NCBI RefSeq assembly: GCF_001194135.2
Contig: NC_068991.1
Coordinates: 60,534,832-60,598,831, forward strand
Source of the DNA: Octopus bimaculoides
Lineage: Eukaryota
Length of the DNA: 64,000 nt
Direction: 5' to 3'
Part shown: positions 31,651 to 44,115 of the stretch, piece by piece
Position numbering within the stretch: the first letter of the stretch is position 1
Layout of the letters: each line of letters opens with the position of its first letter
The notes under the pieces: generated by a model
Told to the model about the DNA's origin: nothing
The model's database searches: none
Seen by the model: the letters and a program-made list of their open reading frames with translations, nothing else
Position numbers and translations under genes: made by a program

Positions 31651-32087
31651 GCTAGCCAGGCCTGTACCTATGGGAATATGTAAGTCCCACTGCATGGCAC
31701 CTTTGGCAAGTGTCTTCTTACAATTACCCCAGGTTAACCAAAGCCTTGTGAATGGATTTAGTAGACAGAAACTGAAAGAAGACTATCATGTGTGTGTGTG
31801 TGTGTTTACCATGGTCCTGATATCACATGATGTTATAAACAAGCATCATTGTCATACAAGTGGGGTTCATTTCCAGTTTTCTATGAAAGGTGTGTCTGGC
31901 AATGGGGAAATGTTACCTTGCTTTGAAACAGGTGATGCTAGGTGACAGGAAGAGCATCTCTGGCTATAGAAAAACTGCCTCAACAAAATATTCTCTGACC
32001 CATGCAGACATGGAAAATTAGATGCTAAATGGTGAGGATGAAATTTTAAAACATAGTTTCCATGCATTGTATACCAGTTTTATATGC

Positions 32088-32123
<36 letters not shown>

Positions 32124-32611
32124 NNNNNNNNNNAGTCAGTTGAGGTGTGTTCTGTTAAGAACATATAAGAGTACAAATAGAGCCATAAATGTTGTAGCAT
32201 GGAAATCTAAATTTACTTATGGAGACAGCAACTGAGTATCACCTGAGGAGATACATACAGATCTTCTTATACAGGTAAATCGTTACATAATTTAATTTAG
32301 ACTCAACTTTAAATCCTGTATATACGAAGATCTGCATGTATCAAAACATTTGTAGCGATTAAAAAGCTGCCTAACCGTACTTACTATTCCTTTTGACTCT
32401 TTTACTTTTTACATATACATATATATATATATATCTCCAGCGTGTGATGAAATAAATATATTGGGAAACATTGTTCTAGGTTGACTTTGGCTGAAGTAAG
32501 GCTGTATAATGTGTATCTTGCATAAATACCAATTGTGAAGCTAAAGACAAAATTTGAACATATTAACTTTAAAACTAAAATTTACAAATGATCTCATAGC
32601 TTTATTTAAAG

Positions 32612-32825
32612 CAATGAGCTGGCAGAATTGTTAAAGTGCGGGACAAAATGTCAGGTGGAATTGCTTCGGATTCATTATGTTCTGAGTTCAAATTCCATCA
32701 GGGTCAATTTTGCCTTTCAATCCTTTGTGGTCAATAAAATAAAGACCCAATCAAGTATTGGGGTTGATGTAACCAACTTACATTTCTCCTCTCAAAATTG
32801 CTGTCCTTGTATCAAAATTAGAAGG
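32612..32825 (+). mobile_element. Family C SINE
   Basis: Same motif set. Confidence 0.75.
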
Positions 32826-33254
32826 AATTATATATACAAAGCCTTGCTAGCTAGCAGCTGTTGCTGCTCTGTCTTCCGTGATTTTTCTTCTCCGTTTTAT
32901 AATTCTGTTCTCTAGATCTTTACCACTCTACCCACACCCGCCAACAACCTTCAATGAAACTTGTCTGATGCCTCCCTTCCTCCCTCTACCTCTCTTCTTC
33001 CTATTTATACTGTTTCTTTCACTCTGAACTCCACCACCGAACATAAGGTATTTTATCCTCAGCATAAAAATCCCTCCATCTTTTCCTATGTGTTTTTACA
33101 AAACACTTATCTCTAACTCTTTGAGGACAATAATCATACTAACTTCATTCAAAGAATTATTACATAACCAAGAAAAAGCACCAGAAGCAACAAAACACAA
33201 CAAGAATGACAATGACCATATGAAAAATGAAAACAAAAAACAAAAGTGTTACTT

Positions 33255-33541
33255 TTATTTTAAATTTCGTTTCAATCCAATACTAAAATCAAATAGTTTC
33301 TCTTGGTGAAAAATTCCTTTTTTATCCAGTAGGAAATGGAACCATTTTCCTTTCATTTTCAATGGGATCTGGGTTTTAGGTGAATTTCGTTGCTGGAGAC
33401 AGCTAATCGAATCAAGGGGTGCAACATAATTAGACTTGTAACCAAATGTGTCGATTTTCACAGTACGCCCCCCTTTCAGGAGCCACAGTTGTTTGACAGC
33501 TCGGCGTGGATAGATGATGCTAATGAATAATACAAGATAAC
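33255..33541 (-). CDS. TMEM223: TMEM223 exon 2 (287 nt including stop)
   Basis: Acceptor ttctcttgcag| in phase 1; conserved C-terminal motif. Confidence 0.92.
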
Positions 33542-36173
33542 CTGCAAGAGAAAGAAAACAAAAAGATAACTATCTTTGATGAAGGAGATGGAATGTAATA
33601 GCTGAAACAGATAGGGTTGTTGTTGTTATTGTTGAGTAGCTCTGATCAGTTCGACCACAAATGCAGTTGATTAAAAGTCAAGGAGCAAACCATAAATTCA
33701 TTTACTCACTCATTTAATCCCTTTGCTCCTTATGGAGTATAATCCTTCAACAATTTCTCTCCATTGTTCTCAATTCTGAGCTGCCTTTTCTGCTTCTCTC
33801 TAGTTGGATCCCTACTTTTTCAGCTCTGCCTTATTCATATGTTTCCCTAAGGGAAGGCCTTCTTCTTCCTGGTCCTGTTGGTTTTGAATTGTCATTGATG
33901 TTTCTGTAACTTTGTCATTTTTTCTAGGTAGGGATGTTGGCTCTATGCAAACCATTTTTTTTTTTATCTCTAGGAAGAGCTGGTCCATATCTGTCTGGTT
34001 TCCCTTGACATGGGAGTTTGCATTCTGCAGGCATAGCTCTCAGGGTCACTGAGGCACATAAGCCATCACACAAGCTGGATATTATGGTGGAACCCATACA
34101 TTCAGCAGACTAGAAATGCAATTTTTTTTAGTTTAAACTTTATCCAAACTGAATATAAAATTAATAATTAGCACATCCAACATAATTGGATGTGTTGACT
34201 AGATTGCCTTTGAACTGCTATTAACATCCAGAAATACCATCTCATGCTGATAGCTTGTGCTTATTAAGCACTGACAATATGAACTGATGAAACAATTGTC
34301 TGCACTGCAGGATGGTATTACCATATGATGTGATTTCCCTGTGAACCTAAAATTACTGAGGTGTAACAAAATAACAAATATGAAATATCGGTTTAAAATT
34401 TTGATACAAGGCCTGCAATTTTGGGGGAGGAAGTAAGTCAATTACATTGACCCTAATGTTCAACTGGTACATATTCTATCAATCCTGAAAGGATGAAAGG
34501 TAAAGTCAACCTTGGTGGAATATGAACTCAGAACACAAAGATGGATAAAATGCCACTAAGCATTTTGCCCAATATGCTAATGATTCTGCCAGCTTGCTGC
34601 TTTAATAATGGTAAAATATTGACTGGAAAATAGCATAAACAACATCACAAAAGATGAAGCTAATCTTCAGCATTTCATTTGATGCAGACTATACATGAGG
34701 AATTGACAAATTAAAAGGTGGAGGAACTGCTCTGAAGCACCCCCGCCCCACCAAAAAAAACCCAATAACAATGAATTTGTTTGTCCTCAAGGAACCTACA
34801 CCTCTTCATCTATATTAGCCATCTAATGGACATAATCCCCCAATATAACCTGCTAAATTGTGTTATATTCATATATTTTTTTCTCTCAGATGAGTTTCAT
34901 TGAGGTGTCTGTTTCTCTGACTATTTCCCTTCTCTTTCATGTGCTGTTGACACAACACCTCAATTGGCATTTTCCCTAATTGTCTTCAGGTGATATTTCT
35001 GAGCTTGACCAGTGTTTGAGCTGGGTAGCTTTATTTTACCAAGTGAGCCAGATGTTTTCACCACTGACCTACTGCACTGAAGAATGATAACATTGTCATT
35101 TTAAGGTACTTAAGGATGAGACTAATTAGTCTAATTAATCTCCATATTTTTTCATCTCAGAAAAAATATGGACAAGTCTTGGCATGGACGTGAGATAATG
35201 AAAGATAGTACATGTTTAGTTTGCGAGAATTGTGGTGGGTGAGTGCAGTGGTTTGAATCCTTATTGCGAGCTGGAAATAAGAACATGAAGGTTGTAGTGT
35301 TTTAATCATTCTAGGATTTTTAAAGTTAAGATTAAGCTGGCAAAAGATTGTGTGGAAACTGCCCATTTTAAGTTTAATAACTGTGATGACTTCTCAGTTT
35401 TCAAATTCTGGAGATTTAGCAGTGTTGAAACGGGTAGTTAAAGATGTTAGTGAGTAAAGAAAATTTTTCAAGTGCCTTTGTGTTTTAGTGTGTTTATGAA
35501 TTTGTGAAATTTTTTTTTTTTTTTCGGTACTTTTTATGTTACTCTAGCCTATTCAACACTGAAAACAAGTACCAGCTGACTGCCGGTGTAGCTCTTCTTA
35601 CCTCCAGTTACCACATCTCGATTCGATGTTCTGTTGGGCTTCGAGTGGAAAAATCAAGATGTCTGTCTGCTCGCGACGGTTGGGAACATCCAAGACAACT
35701 AGCATAAGCGTGGTACAAGTACCAACTCACTTTCGCTAGCGAAGTAGAAGTAGTATAGAAGTAGTAAAGATGTGTNNNNNNNNNNNNNNNNNNNNNNNNN
35801 NNNNNNNNNNNNNNNNNNNNNNNNNNNNNNNNNNNNNNNNNNNNNNNNNNNNNNNNNNNNNNNNNNNNNNNNNNNNNNNNNNNNNNNNNNNNNNNNNNNN
35901 NNNNNNNNNNNNNNNNNNNNNNNNNNNNNNNNNNNNNNNNNNNNNNNNNNNNNNNNNNNNNNNNNNNNNNNNNNNNNNNNNNNNNNNNNNNNNNNNNNNN
36001 NNNNNNNNNNNNNNNNNNNNNNNNNNNNNNNNNNNNNNNNNNNNNNNNNNNNNNNNNNNNNNNNNNNNNNNNNNNNNNNNNNNNNNNNNNNNNNNNNNNN
36101 NNNNNNNNNNNNNNNNNNNNNNNNNNNNNNNNNNNNNNNNNNNNNNNNNNNNNNNNNNNNNNNNNNNNNNNNN

Positions 36174-36207
<34 letters not shown>

Positions 36208-39200
36208 GTCCGATTTTGGTAAAGGGTTTTTATAAAGAAATTTAATTATCTCCCATCTTGACAGAGCGTTTCTTACTTACCTCCCTTCGATGTAACTTCA
36301 GCAACAGTAGAAAGTCTGGCCAGCTACTCGATTGGGATATTTTAGCTCAAATTTTGGAGATTAACTTCGTCTTTCAAAAGTCACGAACAATTAAAATAAG
36401 TACTAGTGTCCTATTGCGATCAGATCAATCATCTGTACACCTTTTTACAGCAAGGACAAAATTTCAAGCACTTGTTGAGATGAAAACTGAGTATACATAT
36501 ATAGTTGATTGCATGCCAGACGTAACCCAGTTTTAGCAGCGCATATTCAACAGAAAGAAACTTTTTGGTATATTAGAATATATAGACCCCGTTTCGGTCA
36601 TGAATGACCACAGGATTCTACATAGAAAGTTCCCCTCCGAGGCACAAGTCCAGGTAAGTTTGTTAATAGGAGACCAGCATTCGCCCATGCGTACCAGCCT
36701 CCCCTCTCCATGCCACCAATATTATCGAAGGGAAAAGCAAAAGCCGATACTGCTTGGCACCAGTGACATTGCAACTCATTTTTATAGCCGAGTGAACTGG
36801 AGCAACTTCGCATATAGGACTCCGGGTGATTCTTTCGGAGCCTTTTTTTTTTTTCATGTATGTCATATATACCATCAAATATGGTAACTTTTGGGGGTAA
36901 ATTTTCAGATTAACACCCGCACGATTTTCACTAGGGTGTTAGGGTCAGGGTTAAGTACGGAATTTCCTAACCCTAACCCTAACCCTAACACCCTAGTGAA
37001 AATCGTGCGGGTGTTAATCTGAAAATTTACCCTTTTTTTGCTAATGATAGATCAGTCCATCAGAAATCTACACTTCACAGAGATAGAAGAGGCTTATAAT
37101 AAAAAAATAAATGAATTGATAGATGAATATAGATTCTGAGAAAAATCTTGTGTTAGTGATGAAGTGCTTAGTACGATAAAGAGATAAGAAGTGTTTTTGT
37201 TGCATAACATTCATTGATTCTTATCTTCCTTGATGTACAATATCAGGTGTTGTCAGTTGTTAACTGTCTCTTTTGTTATTTATAATTTATCACGAAGTGA
37301 ATGCATGTGGCTTTTGGTTAAGGTGTTGCCATCACCATTGCCATGAAGTGTTCTTGAGCAAAACACTTCATTTCATGTTGCTCTATGATTACTTTGACAG
37401 CTGATATGTAACACACTGTGCAATGTTGATTTGATGGAAGGAGTATGCTAATGTGCAGCACAAACATTATACGTGCAAATCATCAATGAAGGTTGTTCAG
37501 CAAGAAAATGCAGAACACGTATCTGTCATTTACAACAGGAGAGTAAAAAAAAATAATAAAATGAATAAACATAAGAGTATGGTAGATGGCAGAAGCAATA
37601 ATGCACCGGACTGAAAATCATGAGTGTTGTGTTCTTGAGCAAGACACTTTATTTCACGTTGCTCCAGTTCACTTAACTGTAAAAATAAGTTGCAATGTGA
37701 CTGGTGCTAAGCTGTATTGGCTTTTGCCTTCCCCTCTGTGGCATAAAGAGGAGAGGCTGGTATGCATGAGCAACTACTGGTCTCCTATAAACAAACTTGC
37801 CTGGACTTGTGCCTCTGAGGGGAACTTTCTAGGTGCAATCCCATGGTTATTCATGACCGAGGGGGGGGGGAGGTCTTTATCTTTTCTTTTTACCTATTAT
37901 ATAAAAGATACGTAGAATATAGCAGTATAGCCTCCTCTTCATCATCATCATCATGTCTGTTTCCTATGCTAACATTTGTTGGATGGGTTGTTATAGTCCG
38001 AGTCAATTCTTAATTGGAGTTACTGCTTCCTTAGATGAATTGAAAGGCAGTAACATCAAGTCTTGCTCACATTTTCCAATCTTGGAGTGATTTCTATGGT
38101 CAGAAGCCCTTCCTAATGCCAACTACTTTAGAGTATTTACTGGGTGCATTTTATTGTGGCATCAACATTAGAGAGATTGCTGTGTCCTTGGGAAACCTAA
38201 AGAGTCCTCTATACTCTGAGAGACAGTGATTGGCAGCTGCATGTTGGTTGTTGGTAAGGAGATTGACTAGAAAAGAGGCATGATGGAAAAAAGAGTGATA
38301 AGGAGGTGATAGTATGGGAGATTAGGAACAGAGATATAGTTAACGAAGAATGATAGAAGAGAATATTTTAACAGAAATACTGAAGGACTGAAAGATGTAA
38401 TGGTAAGAGAGATGGCTAGCAGTAAAGAAGAATTATGGTAGAAAGCAGTGAATCAGATGGTCTGAGTTTCTGAATGGTCATTGATAGTCCATTCCAAGCT
38501 TTGATGCCACAAGGTTCTCAGTATGAACAATGGACATTACCATGTCCATTGTTCATTGGAAATTAGATCAGAGAAGTCACTTAAACATTAAACATTAGTG
38601 CTATAAACCTAGTGTCCTGTATATTGGTACATCACTAACAGTGTAAACTGCAGTGATGTAAAAGAATAATATATTATTTTCACAGGGGCTGTGCCAGGAT
38701 TTGAACAAGCATGTAAGCTAATGAAGCACAACCAAACAAGACAACTTCTACATGATCCACTAGAATAGTAACTAATCTCTCTAAAATCACATCCAATCAT
38801 ATTAAAGAAACGATAGACACATTAGCCAGTGTAGTCTTAGATACATGCGGCTGGGAAAAAACGACAGAATAGTTAAGACAGAAATGTTTCTGATCATAGG
38901 TTGAGATAAAACAAAACTGACCAGTGGCTAAACAATTAATGAAAATCCCTTAATTACTCATTGTACTTGGTTGTCTACAACATTTCTCTTCGTGACATCT
39001 ATTTATAGCTAAGTGCACTACGAGGTTATGTATCATTACAAAACTCACGTATCAACATCTGTAAGACAGTATCGAACTCACTCGGACAACGGTGATTTTC
39101 AGTACAGATGTTGTTTACCCTCAGGACAACCGAGCAGACCAATGATCAAAGGCATTTTCAGCTATGATAATGCTGTCTTTTGGTAGGTATCTAGGAATAC

Positions 39201-40144
39201 ATAATTCAATGTCTCCTCCGCCATTCCTTTTTTAGGGCGGTAGAGTTTGAGTTGATAGGTATTTGGCTACTGTTTTTAGCAGGTCGAGTAAATACACATA
39301 GGCTCCTTCTCGGCAAGGATAAAATAAAAATAAGAACATTTACTCATTCATTTGTTTCAAAGGCTCTTTGCAAAGTTTTAAAAAGTTCAGGTTTGTTTCG
39401 AGCATACAAGCTCACTTGGCCGGAGGTAATCCGGATTCTATTGCTATTAAGCGACTGAGAATACCAGACAGACCAGGATTCTGAACGGAGAGCCAAATCT
39501 ATCGAAAGGTTAAACCCCTGTTCCTGATGATACTCATTTAGTTGCAAAGTAAGTGATATGATTCGCCCAGAAGATAGCTCCACAAAGAAAGAAACTAACA
39601 AACACAAAAAATATGAATAAAAATACCAACCAACAGATATACAAAGTAAAGCTATGCCGTTGCGATACTTGTTCTCTCCTAAATTAATTCTTTTCCACCA
39701 CGGTGGCTTAGTAACATTCCCATTTGTTTCCTGTTCTTTGGGTTTGACGTCTCTCAACGTTGTGTAGGAGAAACCGGCCAGGTGGACCCAGAAAAAGAAC
39801 TGTAAAATACCGAGGAAAGCCAGAAGTTTGTAAAATTTATCGTTCTTATATGAATATATTAAAGTGTCTTTAGTTACTCGATCGTTTACTTCAAACGGTA
39901 GTCCAGTTGGAAGCTGACGAGAAGCAGAAGTAAATATATGTCTATTCAACACGAAAGTTGACAGTAAAGGTACAAAGTGCGATCTCAAGGGTATTGCTGA
40001 AAGCGATGTTTTGTTGCCGTGTTTAATGAGATTATTCACTTGCCCAATGTATCTTTGATTGTATATTGTGTCTTTGAACCTAAACATAGGTTTGAACGAA
40101 GAACATCGTCCTAAACACAAACTTCGATACAATAACACATGCAT
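33255..40144 (-). CDS. TMEM223: TMEM223 (mitochondrial inner-membrane protein), 2 coding exons, 266 aa
   Basis: Exon 1 TKDTLIYSYKNDKFYKLLAFLGILQFFFW..GENKYRNGIALLCISV joins exon 2 GYLVLF..RRAVKQLWLLKGGRTVKIDT..APLDSISCL..IPLKMKGKWFHFLLDKKGIFHQEKLFDFSIGLKRNLK. This matches the recalled human C-terminus (LPLKVKGRRFYFLLDKTGHFPNTKLFDNTVGAYRSL). Confidence 0.93.
34390..34600 (-). mobile_element. Family C SINE
   Basis: Same motif set. Confidence 0.8.
36895..37032. mobile_element. 138-bp foldback element with 59-bp arms that end internally in telomeric repeats
   Basis: Arms 36895-36953 and 36974-37032, one mismatch. Confidence 0.88.
39631..40144 (-). CDS. TMEM223: TMEM223 exon 1 (514 nt) with a basic/hydroxylated N-terminus typical of a mitochondrial presequence
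   Basis: ATG at 40144; donor G|gttggt, phase 1. Confidence 0.88.
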
Positions 40145-41669
40145 CTTCTAATTATTGCGATTGTTATGCATTAAATGAAGAGCATAAGTACAAAGGGAGA
40201 CTATTCTCCTATAACAAAGGGAATTAATCTAAGAACATGACCTTGATACCTCATCAGTTACGGCTTCACAAAATCGGTAGAGCAACGGACAAACTTAGTA
40301 TTTAGTTACTTCTTTTCGTGTTCTAAGTTCAAATACCATTGAGCTCATCTTTGCTTTTAACTTTTCTGGTACTGAAAAAAATAAAATAAAATCGTAGTTA
40401 AATATTAAGGTCGATATCATCGACTATATTCCACCCCTAAATGTGTGACCTAGTGCCATTTTTACTTTCTTGTAATAAAAAAAAAAAAGGGAGAATCAGC
40501 AACGCACCAGATCAAATTTGTTGTGGTATTTAGTTGCTGTCTTTCATGTTCTGAGTTTGAATCTTGTCAAAGTTAACTTTATAGACTTTGGAAACATCAC
40601 GGCAACGAAAATATCAACAAGTGTTGATAGTTAGGCCATATTCTCTCCAAATCTGTGCTGTTGCACTTATGTTTGTGACTAATTATCATTATCTTAAAAA
40701 AAAAAAGAAGCTACCGTCTTTTCCTCCCTGTACTGTCTGGTTTGTCTGTTGTACAGCTGTATCAGTTTTCTTAGAAAAGTCCAAGTTGCGTTACAAAAGA
40801 TTGGATCTTTGAATTCGCTTATGAAGTGTAATACAGTCTGTTAATTTTCCTGAAAGCTTTGTGGAGAAAAGATGCTTGATTTTTATTAATGGATCTTTGA
40901 GTTTGCTTATGAAGTGTATTACCATCTGTTAATTTCCCTGAAGGCTTTATGGAGTAAAGATGCTTGATTTCTTTAATATTGAAATATGAAAGTTGTCAAC
41001 CATCCAAGCCAACCAAAGGTCTGAGTCTAGGAAGCATCTATGTGATCTTTTGAACTGCAAGAAATAACAGTCAAATCTCCTTCAAATCAAATCTTGAAAA
41101 CAATCCCCCAAAAAACAGAAAGGACATGTTAGATACCTCTAAAAAGGCAAAAAAAAAACTTTAATCATAGGTGGTCAAGGCAAGAAATTCTTTAATCATT
41201 GATCTGAACTTCAATGAAACACAGTTGGATCAGTAAGATACTGACACGTATTTTGTAAAGAAATAACTTAGTCCAAACATCTGTAAAAAGGTACCATAAA
41301 GAGGGATGCTGTAAACAAGTGAGAGATGCTAATCAGCTCAACTGACTAAGAGTATATGAGCCAATAAATAAGCCTCTAAATCTCATCTGAATTGGAAATA
41401 GCAGCAATATCACCTTTAAATCAGAGAGAGGGAGAGAGAGAGAGAGAGAAATATGGTTAGAATTGGAATACCTTTAGTGATAATTTGAAATTAAACAACC
41501 ACCATGTGTCTGCTCAATGAGGGTTGATCTAGGGCCAAACAATGCCTAAGGATTTAAAGTTAGAAAAGCTATATACAATAAGTACCAGACATCACTAGTG
41601 TCTTCTTTTATAGCTCCAGGCTGGCCAGAGTCTTAAGAGTGGATTTGGAAGATGGAAGCTGAAAGAGGT

Positions 41670-42005
41670 CCGAACGTGATCGTTACCAGCGTCGCCTTAC
41701 TGGCACTTGAAAAAACATTCGAGTGAGGTCGTTGCCAGTGCCGCTGGACTGGCTCCTGTGCAGGTGGCACGTAAAAAACACCACTCGAGTGTGGCCGTTG
41801 CCAGTACTGCCCGACTGACCCTTGTGCCGGTGGCACATAAAAGCACCCACTACACTCTTGGAGTGGTTGGCATTAGGAAAGGCATTCAGCTGTAGAAACT
41901 GCCAGATCAGATTGGAGCCTGCTGCAGTCATCTGGTTCACCAGTCCCCAGTCAAATCGTCCAACCCATGGTAGCATCGAAAGCAGACGCTAAACGATGAT
42001 GATGT
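41670..42005 (+). repeat. Family B copy
   Basis: Diagnostic motifs and tail. Confidence 0.85.
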
Positions 42006-44022
42006 ATGTAGGTATGTATGTTTATATATATATATATAAATATATGTATGTATGTATGTATGAGGGTCAACCGAAATCATGTGAATGAATTTAGTAGGTA
42101 GATGTTTCCATTATGTGTGTACATGTGTGTAAGTACGTGTGCCCCCTAACAGAAAGGTAGGAAAAAACATATATGTATGTATGTTTGTGTCTCTTTGTCT
42201 GGATACTGTGTAATAGTTGTAAATGAGTGCCACTGTCATTCATTTCAAATATTCTGCGAGAACATGTTCGGCCATGAGGAAATATTACCTTGCTTGCAAA
42301 CAAGGGTTACCAACAGGAAAGGCATCTGGTTGTAGAAAATCTGTCTCAATAAGCTCTGTCTGAGCTATGCAAGCAAGGAAATGTGGGCATTAAAATGATG
42401 GTAAAGAGGAGGATATATATTACAACAAGCTTTTTTTTTCAGTTTCCATCAACCAAATCCATTTACATGATTTTGGTTGATCCAAGGATATAGTAGAAGA
42501 CATTTAATCAATATGTCATGCAAGTAGGACAGACCCAAAAAAGCATGTGGTTGGGAAGAAATTGTTTTAACCATGCAACAATGCTGGCTAGCATTTGTAA
42601 TCCATATAATACAACCTTTTTACACACATACTTGTCGTGCTGATTGTACCAGAGAATTACATTAAAGAGCAGATGGATCTGTGGAATACTCAACCACTTA
42701 TATGCTAATTCAAGGGCAGGTAATGCAGTTGATCAAACAACTAAATCCTCAGCATCAAAACTGATAGGGATCCCTATATATGACCCTAGTATGGAAGAAC
42801 TAGTAAATTGTCTATGAATGCAAATGACAACAATTAAAACACATGTGATGAGCAACCAAGAGAATTTCTATGTCGTCACTCAACCTGCTAGAAATAGCAG
42901 TCAAATCACTTTCAAATCATATCCAACCATCTTCTAAAAAATATAAAAGGGAGGATATATTGGATAGTATAATCATAGATATACTGTGCTTGATCATAAG
43001 TCCATTCAATTGGAACTCACTTGGTTCTAAACAACCACAAGGTGTGTAATATGATGATACTGAAGATTCAACTGTTTATATTGACGATTAAGTTCAATTA
43101 GCAGTGATTAAAAAGAAATCAATATAGAAATAAACACCAAAACATGATATAAGCTTGTTTTAAAAAGAATTTATTTTGTGTGCATGTGTATATTACACAA
43201 ACACAGAGTCCTTGGTGTTACTTTAAACTGCATTAAGTAGAGGGGCTTAAGGGTTCCAAGAAGTGTGGAACCATCTCTTAATTTTTACTCTAACTTGGAG
43301 TAGTAGCACTTGCCAGGGCCTCCACTATGGGTTAATTAGCATGTCATTGGAAGAATGTCACTCACAGGCCATTTAACAAACCCAGGGCCTTTCAGGTTTT
43401 TAACTGCTCATCTATGAGAAGGTAATTCCATACTAATCCTGCATCCGGGTAACCACTGGGCTTTTGTTGCACCAAACCAGTACAAGTTTGAAAGATGAGA
43501 GTGGAACTGGCTCTGCAAAAACTTTGCCCACACTATAATAATATTCATCACACAGGCTGTTCAGCAGAATGAGACACCAACACCATCACACTTTGAGAAC
43601 ATGATGTAGCTGGCTTGCTGAGCCCCCATATGCCAAATCAATGAGAGTCCTAAGGTATATATGTGAGGGCACATGGCCCAGTGGTTAGGGTGTTGCACAC
43701 ACGATCGTTAAATTGTGATTTCAATTCTTGGACCAGGTAGTGCGTTGTGTTCTTGAGCAAAACACTTCCTTTCACATTGCTCTGTAATTAGTCCAATGAC
43801 ATGTGAGGTATGGTGCACCTGTTCAAGCAACATTGGTTTGATGGAAGGAGTGAGCAAATGTACAGCACACATATTTCATCACCATAAATAAATTATTTGA
43901 GCAGCTTTTTCATACATCGTCTTTGACAAGAAATTGTCATACACACGAATATATATATATATACATACACACACACACACACACATACACATTCTCAAAA
44001 TCCTTAAATGTTTTCAAATTAG

Positions 44023-44115
44023 TTATTTTCTCTCTGTCTGTACATGCCGCCCTACAAGTTTGCGTTTGATATTTGCATTGACGTTATGGACTTTGGTCAT
44101 TTTCCGAGCTGCCAT
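44023..44115 (-). CDS. DDX28: DDX28 terminal coding exon (MAARKMTKVHNVNANIKRKLVGRHVQTERK*)
   Basis: Acceptor ctgttttcag| in phase 0; resembles DDX28 LAARRRR; ends in a stop codon. Confidence 0.85.
   Translation of the reverse strand: MAARKMTKVHNVNANIKRKLVGRHVQTERK

Noticed and set aside
34199-34346. Acceptor plus a 49-codon frame inside the TMEM223 intron
   Set aside because: The open frame is out of phase with exon 1 (the in-phase reading stops after 9 codons), and no homology is recognisable.
35157-35460. Short minus-strand ORF with a faint resemblance to the end of an APE endonuclease
   Set aside because: Too short and weak to support.
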